A stretch of 64,000 nt of DNA from Saccostrea echinata (lineage: Eukaryota), in contig NW_026889761.1 of NCBI RefSeq assembly GCF_033153115.1, forward strand, positions 21,824,001 to 21,888,000, read 5' to 3'. Positions 62,906-64,000 of this stretch are shown one piece after another. Below the pieces are notes generated by a model. That model was given only the letters and a program-made list of their open reading frames with translations, was not told the origin of the DNA and did not search any database. Within the stretch, counting starts at the first letter, position 1; each line of letters begins with the position of its first letter. A program made the position numbers and the translations under genes.

Positions 62906-64000
62906 TATGTATAATATATGAGGGTTTAGTTCCTGGACGTTTATGTTTTGAACAGAAATATTATAAATAATTATACACTTGAATTTGGTATCAAAATATT
63001 TGTTCCTAAAATTCTCAACAGTTTGTTGTAGTTAAATTCATAATCATCTGAATGAAATACTAGTGTCTAGGGGTACATCAAATTTTCATGAGATGTTTGA
63101 ATCAATTTTAATGTTAAGAATTTTGTATTGTTTTAAAGATTGCATGAAAACTCATGAAAATTCTGTGCAATACTGTGTAGGTTAGAGGTGTTACTTTATT
63201 TTATGTGGCCGTCAATTTCTAAAATAACATCACATCTTAAAGTAAACACCTAAAAGGTGAAGTTGAAATTATTCTTATGGTACATGTATAGTGTGGAGTC
63301 ATATGTATTGTGTGGATCTTTTAAAAAGGCCCTCAGAAACAAAATATATCTGAAGGTACAATAAAATTTCCAACATAATGCAAATTTCAGGTGTGTAAAG
63401 GGAATAAGCATTTTTCTGATAGCTCAATTAAGGAATGCTGGAAAAAAGTTAAAAGTGTCAGAAAGTTAAAAATTATGGTTCCAAGACATTTGCTTCAAGA
63501 TAGATCTTTTTCTTAAAAACTATGCATTAGCTTATTGGATTTAGGATTCACTTGTATTATTTTTTAATTGATTGCCAGGAACATTATCATAACCATGTTT
63601 GTGCATGCTGGGTCTTGCTACTATAAACAGTGTGTGAAAATAAAGGTGTATACAAATCCAATCAAATGACACTTTTCTGGAAGTTTATGTTGAGAAACAA
63701 ATAACTATTGTGCTTTAGTCATCTCCCCTATTGTGACCCCATCCTAACCCAAAGGAAGGGTGGAATGATTTGAACAAATTTAAATCTAAACTACATGGAG
63801 ATGCTTCCACATTGAAATGATTTATTATGGCCTAGTGTTTCTTTAGAAGAGATTTAAATGACCCCATCTTATTTTCATTATTTCTTAATTATAATATGAC
63901 AATGGAACTGGCAACTATCAACAACGACTCATTTGCGTAAAGTTTGGTTGAAAATGAAACAGAGTTTCTGGAAAAGATGTCAAAAATGTGAAAATTTAAC

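Overview
AT-rich, intron-containing animal genomic DNA. The repeat families (Helentron-type tandem-repeat elements, TA/TTAA MITEs, tRNA-SINE, Penelope and RTE remnants) suggest a bivalve mollusc, probably an oyster; this is inference. There are two N-gaps (about 13163-13299 and 49327-49507). Spliced genes reconstructed by hand: SPOUT1 (-), a single-coding-exon coiled-coil ORF (+), a 10-exon protein made of three cyclic-nucleotide-binding-like domains (-), a DUF4291 protein (+), a MOLO1/TPM-domain protein (-), an EPSTI1-like protein with a C-terminal CUE domain (+), and the 3' part of PCNP (-). There is also one intact tRNA-Glu(TTC). The most unusual region is 40172-49326. An intact Ty3/Gypsy element (-) with a UUUAAAC plus pseudoknot gag-pol frameshift is joined tail-to-tail to a chimeric mini-retroelement. 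That chimera has the Gypsy 980-bp LTR and a tRNA-Lys PBS at its 5' end, then about 100 bp of internal sequence, a PPT and a different 141-bp LTR containing a tRNA-like Pol III promoter (Helenus-type TRIM). This looks like a fixed product of co-packaging and strand transfer between a TRIM and its helper, and it creates a ~2.2-kb inverted repeat. Two more degenerate tRNA-bearing mini-LTRs occur elsewhere in the window. All family assignments come from recognised motifs; no database searches were run.
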